DNA of 64,000 bases, from NCBI GenBank assembly GCA_963668025.2, contig CAXXTH010000018.1, positions 288,001-352,000 on the forward strand, in the 5' to 3' direction. How positions within the stretch are numbered: position 1 is the first letter of the stretch; each line of letters opens with the position of its first letter. Positions 18,855-28,265 of the stretch are shown piece after piece. This stretch comes from Candidatus Hydrogenedentota bacterium. Its GTDB lineage: Bacteria > Hydrogenedentota > Hydrogenedentia > Hydrogenedentales > SLHB01. Below the pieces are notes generated by a model. That model did no database searches. It saw only the letters and a program-made list of their open reading frames with translations, and was not told the origin of the DNA. The position numbers were made by a program, and so were the translations under genes.

Positions 18855-21425
18855 CTATTTCTCCCCCCAAACCCGCGCGAGAGTGGCCTGGATCTTTTTC
18901 TCGAAGCGGGCGATCAGTTCGCGGTTGGCGTTCACCAGCGCCTGCTCGGCCTCGATCTCGGCGACGATGGCCTGCTGGGTGGATAGGGGCGGGAGGGGGA
19001 TTGGATACTTCTTAAAAAAACCATTATGGAAGCTTTGCACAGTAACACCGGGCTTTATGCCTTCAGCGATGATAGAAGCAGATTTTGTTTTGAGCACATA
19101 GAATAAAAAATCAGAACTCATTTTCATGCTTCTAGGTTGGAAGGCAATTAAATCCTGATTAATGCACATGGGACGTGACAGCATTGCAACTGGGAATGTG
19201 TGCTTAAGAATTCCAGAACGAACAACACAGACCACTGTCTTTGTAGGAAAGAGTTTCGTGGCGCTGCCTGAAACTGCTTCCGGTGATATATGGTCTTCAG
19301 CATCGAAAATGATGTCTGACTTCATATCTTTTGGAGAGACCCATGGAATCTCTCCAGTCCAATAGGTCTGTTTCGTTTTTGATGGCGTGCCTCCACTAGA
19401 CATCAAAAAGTGTTCTCCCAGCTCCACCATGGGCCAATCGGGGTTGATGGGGATGTGGGGGCGGTAGTGGTCGAGGACGGCGCGAGCGCCATCGATGACT
19501 TTCTGGTAACCTTCGATCTCCGCCACGATCTCCTGTTGCACCGACAACGGGGGGAGGGGGATCTTGATAGTTTCAATGTCTGATTGGTTAATACTTGGAT
19601 AAGCGCCTTTCCCACTCATGCTGATCATTTGCTCGACCGATCTATCGTGCCGAATTGCGTTGATGAGAAAGCCAGGGAGCAGTCGGTCCTTTTTTGCCCG
19701 CAGAACAGCGAAGCCTGTAGAGGCAATCGCCCGCGCAGGCACATCAGTAAGAATAACGAAAGCCTTAAGGTTTGGGCGAACTGTAGAAACTATGATGTCG
19801 TATTGCTTTACTGCTCTCCGGGCTCTGCTTGGTGCTTCCTTTGTAGCAACTCTGTTCGCGCCAAGGAATTTCCCTGTTCTGTTTTCAACGCAGGAAATAT
19901 CAATGTAGTTGAAGTAAGAGCCGGGATAGAGGCTTTCGGGAATTGCAGTATCTGAGTTAATTTCGCACACCTCAGCGAGCCTGACATGAGGGAAATGTAC
20001 CGTGGAAGCTGCCCCTTCCTTATACCGCTCTCCGCTGAGGTTGTAGTCGCCGTTTTCGGCTATTTTTGTTTTGGGCACGAGGAGGGCGCCGGGATGGGGG
20101 GCATGGGGCGCAGCGGGGAGAGAGGACGGATCGGACAGATCGGACGGATTAGACGGATGGGGCGGATGGGGTGGATGGGGCGAATGGGAGGTGATGGAGC
20201 TTAGATAGGATTTCAGAAAGGCGGCGGCGGCGGGCAGGTCGTTTTTGTCGATGGCGCGGCGTTGTGCGCCGAGGCCGTAGCCGTCGTTTTCGACTTTGAA
20301 GAAGGCGATCGTGTTGGTTTTTTTGGCGAGTGATTTGTCGAGGATGAGAATGCTGGTTTTGACGCCGGAGTAGGGGTTGAAGCAGCCCGCCGGAAGGGAG
20401 ACAACGGCGACAAGGCCGTTTTCGACGAGCATTTTACGCAGTTGTTTGTAGGCGGTCTGGCTCTGGAAGATGATGCCTTCGGGGACGATGATCCCGGCGC
20501 GTCCGTTTGGCGTAAGATGCTCGGCCATATAGTCCACGAAGAGGACTTCGCTGCGTTTGGCTTGGATCGAGAAGCGTCTATGAGGCCTGATGCCGCCTTT
20601 GGGTGACATAAACGGCGGATTGGCGAGGATGACGTCGGCGTATTCGTTCCAGCGGTCGAGGCTGGTGAGGGTGTCGTATTCGTAGATGCTCGGTTCGGGA
20701 AAGCCGTGGAGGTAGAGGTTGACGAGGGAGAGGCGCACCATGTCGGGCGAGATGTCGTAGCCTTGGAAGTTTTTCGCCAGGCGGCCTTTTTCGTCGGGGG
20801 TGAGGGTGTTGTGGCCTTTGGCGTCGGTGTTGGTGCGCAGGATGTGCTTGTAGGACGAGATCAGGAAGCCAGCGGTGCCGCAAGCGGGATCGAGGACGGT
20901 CTCGTTCTTTTTCGGGTCAACGACGTCGACCATAAAATCGATGATATGGCGCGGCGTGCGGAACTGCCCGGCGTCGCCCTGGGAGCCGAGCACCGAGAGC
21001 AGGTATTCATAGGCGTCGCCGAGGCGCTCGGAATGGTCGTAGTCGAATTCGTCGATGATCTTGAGGAAAGCGCGCAAGGTCTCGGGGTCGCGGTAGGGCA
21101 GATAGGCGTTTTTGAAGATGTCGCGGAAGAGCTTGGGAAGGCCTGGATTCTCGGGCATTTTTGTCATTGCTTCGGCGTAGAGGTTCAAGGCTTCGTGGCC
21201 GCCCAGCCCGGAGCGCATGAGTTTGGCCCAGCCGTAGCGGGCGAATTCACCGGCAAAGAAACAGCGTTTTCCGCCGAGCGCCTCGCTTTCGGCGTCTATG
21301 TCGTCCATGAATTTGTAGATGAGGGCGATGGTGATTTGCTCGACCTGTGATTTGGGGTCGGGCACTTTGCCCACGAGGATGTCACGGGCGGTGTCAATAC
21401 GGCGTTTGGTGTTGGTGTCTAGCAT
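18855..21425 (-). CDS. Fused N6-adenine methyltransferase-specificity subunit (HsdM-HsdS fusion)
   Basis: GQFRTP, DPACGTAG, NPPF; then two AT-richer TRDs each followed by IPLPPLSxQQxIVAEIE. Confidence 0.92.
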   Translation of the reverse strand: MLDTNTKRRIDTARDILVGKVPDPKSQVEQITIALIYKFMDDIDAESEALGGKRCFFAGEFARYGWAKLMRSGLGGHEALNLYAEAMTKMPENPGLPKLFRDIFKNAYLPYRDPETLRAFLKIIDEFDYDHSERLGDAYEYLLSVLGSQGDAGQFRTPRHIIDFMVDVVDPKKNETVLDPACGTAGFLISSYKHILRTNTDAKGHNTLTPDEKGRLAKNFQGYDISPDMVRLSLVNLYLHGFPEPSIYEYDTLTSLDRWNEYADVILANPPFMSPKGGIRPHRRFSIQAKRSEVLFVDYMAEHLTPNGRAGIIVPEGIIFQSQTAYKQLRKMLVENGLVAVVSLPAGCFNPYSGVKTSILILDKSLAKKTNTIAFFKVENDGYGLGAQRRAIDKNDLPAAAAFLKSYLSSITSHSPHPPHPPHPSNPSDLSDPSSLPAAPHAPHPGALLVPKTKIAENGDYNLSGERYKEGAASTVHFPHVRLAEVCEINSDTAIPESLYPGSYFNYIDISCVENRTGKFLGANRVATKEAPSRARRAVKQYDIIVSTVRPNLKAFVILTDVPARAIASTGFAVLRAKKDRLLPGFLINAIRHDRSVEQMISMSGKGAYPSINQSDIETIKIPLPPLSVQQEIVAEIEGYQKVIDGARAVLDHYRPHIPINPDWPMVELGEHFLMSSGGTPSKTKQTYWTGEIPWVSPKDMKSDIIFDAEDHISPEAVSGSATKLFPTKTVVCVVRSGILKHTFPVAMLSRPMCINQDLIAFQPRSMKMSSDFLFYVLKTKSASIIAEGIKPGVTVQSFHNGFFKKYPIPLPPLSTQQAIVAEIEAEQALVNANRELIARFEKKIQATLARVWGEK

Positions 21426-21472
21426 GGGATTTCCTTTGTGATCGGGCGGATCGGGTGGATCGGGCGGATCAG

Positions 21473-22198
21473 TCAAACATCGATGAGGCCTTTGCAATCG
21501 GGGTAGCCGGAGCAGCCCCAAAACTGTTTCCCGGCGCTTTTTCCTTTCTGCGCGGTGCGCAACACCATCGCTTTTCCGCATATAGGGCAAGCGGGAATAA
21601 CCGCAGGGGTATCGTTTTTATGGCGGTTGCGTTCGGCCAGGCGCGCGGCAGCTAATTGTTCACTATACCCGCCTTCCGTAATGAACGCCTCTTCGAGTGC
21701 GGCGATTTGCTTATCGAGCAAGTAATTGGCTTGGTGAATCAGGCAGAGCAAGGCGTTGGCGCGCATGGCAGGGTCGTCGTGTTCGAGCCATTTGGCGTAA
21801 CGGGCGAAGTGATCGGCCGGATCGGTCTGATCGGTCGGATCGGTCGGATCATCATGGTGGCGGCCGATTTGTCGGACGGCCAGCGCTTCTGGGTCATCTG
21901 GCGCCCACATGCGCAAATGGCGGTGCCGCAGAAAATCCTCGTAATCGAGCAGAAGCTCCTCGAGGCTGGCGCGCGCGACGTTGACCAATCGAAGCTCCGT
22001 CTGGGATGAGGTAGCGGCGGCGCGGCTGCCTTCCGCGATGTTCTGCCGTCCACTGCGGGCGGCCTGCACCATTTGATCGCTCATCCGGGAACGCGGCTCC
22101 AGATAGCGTTCGCAAAACCAGTATGTGGCGTCATATATAATGGTGGCTATTTGAAAACTATGCAGCTCCCGGTAGCCCCCGCTCGCTCGAATCTTCAC
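21473..22198 (-). CDS. Four-helix-bundle protein with suffix domain and topoisomerase-type Zn ribbon
   Basis: QMVQAARSGRQNIAEG, ARASLEELLLDYEDFL; CPICGKAM...FWGCSGYPDC. Confidence 0.88.
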   Translation of the reverse strand: MKIRASGGYRELHSFQIATIIYDATYWFCERYLEPRSRMSDQMVQAARSGRQNIAEGSRAAATSSQTELRLVNVARASLEELLLDYEDFLRHRHLRMWAPDDPEALAVRQIGRHHDDPTDPTDQTDPADHFARYAKWLEHDDPAMRANALLCLIHQANYLLDKQIAALEEAFITEGGYSEQLAAARLAERNRHKNDTPAVIPACPICGKAMVLRTAQKGKSAGKQFWGCSGYPDCKGLIDV

Positions 22199-22209
22199 TG
22201 CCCGGCCTC

Positions 22210-24738
22210 CTATGCGACAAATTTGTTCAAGGATACGTAATCCTTGATGTAATTTGGAATAAGGGTACGGTATTTTTCTGGGACAGCGAGATAATCACGC
22301 GAGGGAAAGCTCGCATAGGTGGCAAGTTCGGGGAATCGTTTATTCTCAACGATATGGCGCACTCGGTCGTCTGTCACATATGCTTTGAAATAGGCCTTGA
22401 TGGCCGGTATGGCTTCGGATTCCTCTGGTTTATAATCGGCGACAAATTTGGCGAACTCCTCCTCCAGTAATTCATCCTTGGACTTGAAGCCGGGAATGAG
22501 GCCAAAAACTTTCTCCAGGATTTCACGCAAAGTGAGGCGCCGATCCACGTTAGTGGCCTTGCGCAACTTATCGAGGGAATAATATTCCTCGGGCTTGTCA
22601 AAGACTTCCTGATTCACATACTCAATGACACGGTCCCACTGGCCCGCCTCGACCCAAGTTTCAATAGCGGGGTCTTTTCGGACGGTGTCCTCGAATTTCT
22701 CGAAGAACATGTGGTCCACTTTCATGCCATCGAGGCCTATTTTTTCCTCTTTGACGCTCGATAAGATATCGTCTCCGTCGTGCTCGTAGATGCCGCCGAT
22801 GACGCCACCGCCGCCAGGCTCCCTTTTTTCATGGGGTGCGGGCAGCTTGATTACTTGATCGTAGTTGTATTTCTCTTCGAAGTATTCACAATTGGCGAAA
22901 AAATCGAACATCTTGTAAGTGGTTTTGTCTGGTTCTTTCACGCTCGGCTTGATGGCGTCGTCGAAGAGTTGTTCGAGGAAATCATGTTTTCGGGTGCCGC
23001 GCCCTTTAATTTGAATGAAATCGGTCGGCGAGAAGATCGGACGGAAGAGACCGAGGTTCAGGATGTCGGGGCAATCGTAGCCCGTGGTCATCATGCCGAC
23101 GGTGACGCACACACGTGCCTTGCTGGTTTTATAGGTATCTATAAAATTTGCTGAACCGAGCAGGTTGTTGTTGGTGAAGTTGATGGTGAACTGCTGGGCG
23201 TCGGGGATCTGTGAAGTGACTTGCACGGCGAAGTCGGAATGGTATTTGCCGGGGAACATCTTGTCCGCGAACAGGTTCAGGATTTGAGTCAGCTTGGCCG
23301 CGTGATGCTGGCTGACCGCAAATACAATGGATTTTCCGATTTCGCCCGAGACGGGGTCACGCAGGGCGTGTTCGAGGAAAGTCTTGCACATCAGTTCGTT
23401 CGAAGCATCCGCGAAGAAGCGTTTCTCGAATTCGCGCTGGCTATAGGTTTCTGTATGTTCTACGCCATCACCGTCCGTGATTTCCACGAGGAAGCCCTGG
23501 TCCGATAGAAGCTGGGTCGTGATCCCCGTACGCGCGTCCACCACGGTAGGATTAATGAGGTAACCATCCTTGACGCCATCCAAGAGCGAATACCGAAACG
23601 TGGGCTGGCCGTCTTCACAGCCGAAAGTCCGGTAGGTATCCATCATGAGCCGCCGCTCATACTCGCGAGGATCCCGCGCATTCGCCTTGTCCGGCTCGAA
23701 TTTTTTCAGGTAATCCTTTGGCGTGGCGGTAAGGCCGAGTTTGTAGCCGACGAAATACTCGAAGACCGCACGTGCGTTCCCTCCGATTGAGCGATGGGCT
23801 TCGTCCGAGATTACGAGGTCGAAATCGGTGGGTGAAAAGAGCGCCTGGTATTTATTATTAAAGAGGAAGGACTGGACCGTGCTGACGACGATCTCCGCAC
23901 GCCGCCAGTCGTCACGGGTTTCTTTATAGATCGCGGTATGAAAATCCGCCGAGAGCACTCCAGTGAAGGCTTTCTTGGCTTGGTCCTCCAGTTCGAGGCG
24001 GTCTACCAGGAAAAGGACGCGCCGGGCATTGCTGGTATGAAGGAATAGCTTGATGACTGCGGCGGCGGTCAAGGTTTTGCCGGTGCCTGTCGCCATTTCG
24101 AACAGGAAACGGTCTTTGCCGTCATCGACTGCCCGCTGCAAAGCGTGGATAGCCTTGAGCTGGTATTGCCTAAGGAAGCGCAGCTTATTGGTTTGGATAT
24201 AGGCCGGGCGTTCGGTTTCGTTCTTCCACGCCGCTTCGGATTGGTAGCGAGGCCGTTGCGTAAGGACGATATAATCTTCGTCAATGTGCTCTTCGATGAG
24301 GCGTTGGGGATTCGGCGTGATTTTTTGGTATCCAGTGACGGAATCGGGAGTCGGAAATGACGTGATGAGATAGGGGTTTCCGCGCTCTAAGTCCCAGAAG
24401 TAATGCTGATTGCCATTCGATAGAATAACAAAGCGGCAGTTTTGAGACCGGGCGTACCTTCTGGCTTGTTCCTTGCCAATAAGCGGATTCTTCTCCTCTG
24501 ACTTGGCTTCGAGAACAATGAAAGGAAATCCCTTTTCGTTCAGGAGTACAAAGTCTATGTATCCTTTGGATGCCTGTTCAAAGTTCTCGCCAAGGGCGTC
24601 AACGATTTCCCGCCTGAGCATGACGCCTGGCTCGAGCTGTATGTTCGCAGGGCGGCCATTTTCAGAAAAAAACCGCCAGCCAGCCGCTTCGAGTTGTTTG
24701 TTAATCTTTATGCGCGCCGTGGCTTCTTTTTTGGCCAT
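22210..24738 (-). CDS. hsdR: Type I restriction endonuclease R subunit (EcoAI/EcoEI-like)
   Basis: N-terminal nuclease D..LEAK; MATGTGKT, DEAH, GLTATP, TGYD, QIKGRGTR. Confidence 0.92.
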   Translation of the reverse strand: MAKKEATARIKINKQLEAAGWRFFSENGRPANIQLEPGVMLRREIVDALGENFEQASKGYIDFVLLNEKGFPFIVLEAKSEEKNPLIGKEQARRYARSQNCRFVILSNGNQHYFWDLERGNPYLITSFPTPDSVTGYQKITPNPQRLIEEHIDEDYIVLTQRPRYQSEAAWKNETERPAYIQTNKLRFLRQYQLKAIHALQRAVDDGKDRFLFEMATGTGKTLTAAAVIKLFLHTSNARRVLFLVDRLELEDQAKKAFTGVLSADFHTAIYKETRDDWRRAEIVVSTVQSFLFNNKYQALFSPTDFDLVISDEAHRSIGGNARAVFEYFVGYKLGLTATPKDYLKKFEPDKANARDPREYERRLMMDTYRTFGCEDGQPTFRYSLLDGVKDGYLINPTVVDARTGITTQLLSDQGFLVEITDGDGVEHTETYSQREFEKRFFADASNELMCKTFLEHALRDPVSGEIGKSIVFAVSQHHAAKLTQILNLFADKMFPGKYHSDFAVQVTSQIPDAQQFTINFTNNNLLGSANFIDTYKTSKARVCVTVGMMTTGYDCPDILNLGLFRPIFSPTDFIQIKGRGTRKHDFLEQLFDDAIKPSVKEPDKTTYKMFDFFANCEYFEEKYNYDQVIKLPAPHEKREPGGGGVIGGIYEHDGDDILSSVKEEKIGLDGMKVDHMFFEKFEDTVRKDPAIETWVEAGQWDRVIEYVNQEVFDKPEEYYSLDKLRKATNVDRRLTLREILEKVFGLIPGFKSKDELLEEEFAKFVADYKPEESEAIPAIKAYFKAYVTDDRVRHIVENKRFPELATYASFPSRDYLAVPEKYRTLIPNYIKDYVSLNKFVA

Positions 24739-24776
24739 TCCTGTTCCTTTCTGTGTGATCGGCCTGATCGGTCTGA

Positions 24777-26540
24777 TCAGTCTGATTCCATGGCCTGAAG
24801 TTCGCGCAATTTCGCCATGAGCGCCTCGTAGGCCGCCGGATTCGCCACCTGCTTGCGGAGGCCATCGGGGAGATAGCGCATGTCAGTGCATTCGGCCACG
24901 GCGGCGAGGATTTGCAGTTCGTGGGCGGATTCACGGGAGCTGCGGAAGTTTTGGATGACTTCCGACAGGAGCGGCGCATCGAGCGCCGAGCCGCGCAGGA
25001 GCGATTCCCGGCGCGCGCGCATGAGGACGCCTTCGATGTCTGCCCCGCTCAAGGGGGGAACGTGGCTCAGGTCCGGTAAAGACTCGGGCGTGAGGCTGAG
25101 CTTGGCCTTCTTTCCCATGGCCATGAACATTTCGCGCAATTCATCGGGCGTTTGGGGATAAAACAGGGGGATGTGCTCCTCGCACCGGCCCTGGCGTTTA
25201 AGGTCCACGGGCAGTAAGTCGGGGCGGCACGTGAGGAGAAACCACACGACCCGACCACGGTAGCTGGTGTCGCCCATTTGGCTGGCCACTTGGGCGAATA
25301 CGCGCGCGCTCGTGCCGGAGTCGCCCGACGCGCCCCGGTTGCCCAAGGCGGCGTCGGCCTCGTCGATGATGACGGCCACGGGACCCAGTTCGCGCACCAC
25401 GGAGAGGATGCGCTCGAGGTTGGCCTCGGTTTCGCCCACGTATTTGCTGCGGAAGTTGCGTATCATGACGCACGGGATGCCCGCGCTTCCGGCGTAGCAC
25501 ATGGCGAGAAAGGTTTTGCCGACGCCCACCGGGCCGCAGAGCAAATAGCCCATGGGCACGGCGTCGAACTGGCCGTCGCGCATGAGCCGGGCATCGCTCG
25601 AAAGGCGCTCTTTCGCCGCCGCGAGGCCCGCGACCATATCGAGGTTGTATTTAGGCTCGATGAATTCGAGCAGCCCAGGACATTGGGCTTCCATGAGCCG
25701 CTTCTTCACCTCCATGAGACGCACATCGCTCACACTAGGCCCTTCGGCGGGCGCGGGCGGCGCATCCGCGCCGGTTTTCACCACCTCGCTGCTGGCGGGC
25801 CCGGGCTGGCGCGCGGGGGCGCGCAACAGGCGCATCATGTTGTCGAGGCTCACGAGCGTAAGCCCGGCGCTAAGCGAAGCGAGGCGTTCCGCGTCGGGGG
25901 CGAAATCAGCAAATTGGTTCTGGACGAAGGCGAGGCGTTCGCCTCGGTTCGGCATGCGCAGTTGCACCTCTTCCGTGTGGCCGCTCTGCACAAGGGCGGG
26001 ATGGAGCCGCGCCAGGCTCTCCGTCATGAGCACGAAGATGATGTTTACACGGCGGATGACTGGGCTTCGCGCCCAATTCAGGAACGTTGCGAGATGTTCC
26101 CCGGCCCGGTCATCGGCGGGACAAATGAGGTCGGCGTAATCGAACAAGATAGCCGTCTTGCGCGTCCTGCTCTCTTCGCCCACGAGCAACAGTGATACGA
26201 GCCGGTCGATGAGGCGCAGGCTTTGCGTGGGGTCGCGCGGCAGTTCCGCATCCTGGCCGAGGAGCCGCCCGAGGAGGCTGTTCATCTTTGTCAGGCGCGC
26301 AGGGTCGCCCGCCGTGAAGGGCCGCAAGCCCCTGCCCATGTCGTAATGCAGCACGAGATCGTAGTTGCCGAAAAGGCGGCGCGCCAGAAAATCCGACAGC
26401 GGTTCAGCCGCGTACTTCGCGCCATCCGAACTGCCCGCCACATCGGCTACATTGCCATGCAGCAAAAACATGCTCGCGCCGCCGGAGAGATAGGCGTCCC
26501 GCAATTGCTCCGCCCAAATGGGCCATATACGCTCGATCAT
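24777..26540 (-). CDS. Classical AAA+ ATPase (degenerate N-terminal module + active C-terminal module)
   Basis: GPVGVGKT Walker A, SKYVGE pore loop, IIDE Walker B, LKRQGR SRH. Confidence 0.9.
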   Translation of the reverse strand: MIERIWPIWAEQLRDAYLSGGASMFLLHGNVADVAGSSDGAKYAAEPLSDFLARRLFGNYDLVLHYDMGRGLRPFTAGDPARLTKMNSLLGRLLGQDAELPRDPTQSLRLIDRLVSLLLVGEESRTRKTAILFDYADLICPADDRAGEHLATFLNWARSPVIRRVNIIFVLMTESLARLHPALVQSGHTEEVQLRMPNRGERLAFVQNQFADFAPDAERLASLSAGLTLVSLDNMMRLLRAPARQPGPASSEVVKTGADAPPAPAEGPSVSDVRLMEVKKRLMEAQCPGLLEFIEPKYNLDMVAGLAAAKERLSSDARLMRDGQFDAVPMGYLLCGPVGVGKTFLAMCYAGSAGIPCVMIRNFRSKYVGETEANLERILSVVRELGPVAVIIDEADAALGNRGASGDSGTSARVFAQVASQMGDTSYRGRVVWFLLTCRPDLLPVDLKRQGRCEEHIPLFYPQTPDELREMFMAMGKKAKLSLTPESLPDLSHVPPLSGADIEGVLMRARRESLLRGSALDAPLLSEVIQNFRSSRESAHELQILAAVAECTDMRYLPDGLRKQVANPAAYEALMAKLRELQAMESD

Positions 26541-26542
26541 AA

Positions 26543-26704
26543 GGCCTCCTTTTTAGACCACTAAATAGAGACCACTAAATACACGAAATACACTAAAGTA
26601 ACTCAGTTTGTTGTTGTTTTAAGCTCAATGTTTATACTGAGGACTTTTTAAAAACTTCAAATTTTAGTGTGTTTCGTGTATTTAGTGGTCTATATTTCGT
26701 GGTC
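26543..26704. repeat. AT-rich hairpin direct repeat, copy A (includes RBS of the AAA gene)
   Basis: GACCACTAAATACACGAAATACACTAAA ... TTTAGTGTGTTTCGTGTATTTAGTGGTC. Confidence 0.85.
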
Positions 26705-27081
26705 TATATAATAATCCGTTCGATGGTCACCTTTGGGTGATGGCCGAAATTGACGAGTAATCCCAATCGTAAATTCGTTGCCCGCAGGTAATTGAAGAGT
26801 TGAGCTTGGTGTTCCGCTGATGTTTCGTGAAGCGCTTTTAGTTCGACGATGATCTTGTCGTAACAAATAAGGTCGGGCCTGTAAGTCTGAGTAAGGGCTT
26901 CACCTTTGTAGTGAAGTTTTAATTCGCATTGAGAAACATAGGGAATGCCGCACCGAACCAGCTCCTTTTCCAGGCATTCCTGGTATACAGCCTCCAGAAA
27001 TCCACAGCCCATTTCCTTATAGACTTCAAAGATGGCTCCCTGAATGGCGAAGACCTCCTCCTTGTACAGCAAGTCGGCCAT
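26704..27081 (-). CDS. GxxExxY protein (PD-(D/E)XK-like fold)
   Basis: GFLEAVY, RPDLIC, IVELKA, QLFNYL, GLLVNFG motifs. Confidence 0.93.
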   Translation of the reverse strand: MADLLYKEEVFAIQGAIFEVYKEMGCGFLEAVYQECLEKELVRCGIPYVSQCELKLHYKGEALTQTYRPDLICYDKIIVELKALHETSAEHQAQLFNYLRATNLRLGLLVNFGHHPKVTIERIII

Positions 27082-27084
27082 GCG

Positions 27085-27220
27085 GGCCTCCTTTCTAGAC
27101 CACTAAATACACGAAATACACTAAAGTAACTCAGTTCGTTGTTATGCTTAAGCTCAAGATTTATGTTGAGGTCTAACTCAAAACTTCAAATTTTAGTGTG
27201 TTTCGTGTATTTCGTGGTCT
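27085..27220. repeat. AT-rich hairpin direct repeat, copy B (includes RBS of GxxExxY gene)
   Basis: Near-identical to copy A; about 28-bp inverted arms with 9-bp periodicity. Confidence 0.85.
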
Positions 27221-27233
27221 CTGTTCCGTGATC

Positions 27234-28070
27234 TCATTCGCTGAGGAGAGGCGGCGCTTCTTCACGTTCGAAGACGGGGGCGACATTCAGGCTCTTGATG
27301 GCTTCTTCCGTCGCCGACACGCCTGCGGCGATGCCGTCCACTTGCGCGGAGAAATCGGCGGGGTCCCGCGCATTGAGGCCCATCTCGCTGATGGCGTTCA
27401 CTTTCTGCTCGATGCGGTCAATCTCGACCGCCAGGAAATCGCGGTTTTCCTGTGCGCGGTCATAGTTGGTAAGGCGCTGTTTCAACGTGTCGAGCTTGTC
27501 CTGAATCGAACTAATGAACTTTTCGTTGCGCTGCTGGTCTTGGGCGGACTTCAGGTCTTTCTCCGTATTCGATATGGCCCGCACGAGTCCATCTCGATCC
27601 GTCGTTTCCAGGAAGCGGTCGAGGGCGTCCTGGCTGTAGAGGAGTTTCAGGAACATCCACAGCAGGCGTTCGAGCGAACCGGTTTGGATATTCGACACGG
27701 TTGGATTGTCCAACGCGGTGGGACCGCTGAATTGCTTGCCTATGGCGTCAAGGGAGAGGCAGCGCATGCGTAAGCGCTCGAAGCGTTCCCAGGCGGAATC
27801 GTCCAGCGCCTCACGGATTTTTGCCATGACTTCCTTCTGATCAACGGCACCTTTCCGGGTGACGTTCTGCGCATCTATCGCTTTGCGGAAGCGGGGATTC
27901 GCGGTTAATAGGCCCAAATATGTCAATTCCGCGGCGGTAGCGAGAGGCAACACGACATCGGGCTGGCCGGATAACATGCCCATAACCACTGCCGCGCCAA
28001 AGGCCAGCACGTTCCAACGCCAGAAAAAGGCGGCCCGCGTATACCGCATCAACGTCCGCCATGCGCCCAT
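27234..28070 (-). CDS. Two-TM protein with long cytoplasmic coiled coil
   Basis: N-terminal hydrophobic hairpin, heptad-rich C-terminus; AAGGAGGT RBS. Confidence 0.8.
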   Translation of the reverse strand: MGAWRTLMRYTRAAFFWRWNVLAFGAAVVMGMLSGQPDVVLPLATAAELTYLGLLTANPRFRKAIDAQNVTRKGAVDQKEVMAKIREALDDSAWERFERLRMRCLSLDAIGKQFSGPTALDNPTVSNIQTGSLERLLWMFLKLLYSQDALDRFLETTDRDGLVRAISNTEKDLKSAQDQQRNEKFISSIQDKLDTLKQRLTNYDRAQENRDFLAVEIDRIEQKVNAISEMGLNARDPADFSAQVDGIAAGVSATEEAIKSLNVAPVFEREEAPPLLSE

Positions 28071-28265
28071 CCAGATACCTCCTTGAGAAAATCACCACGA
28101 AGAGCACGAAGAACACAAAGTTTTTTTATGCGAATGTTATCATAATTTCTTGCGTTGTATATTCTTTCACAGATGACGCTGATGACACAGATGATTAATC
28201 TTGAACGGTATAGCCATATATCTAACTTCATATTTTAGTGTGTTTAGTGTATTTAGTGGTCTCTC

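Noticed and set aside
21426-21590. Longer start for HsdM-S
   Set aside because: Overlaps the four-helix gene and runs through microrepeats; MLDTNTKRR with AAAGGA RBS is more plausible
21473-22198. Diversity-generating retroelement (four-helix bundle resembles Avd)
   Set aside because: No reverse transcriptase and no TR/VR pair with adenine-specific mismatches seen in the window
26543-28265. CRISPR array or integron attC array
   Set aside because: Only 2-3 long repeats, no regular spacers, no cas or integrase, no RYYYAAC/GTTRRRY boxes
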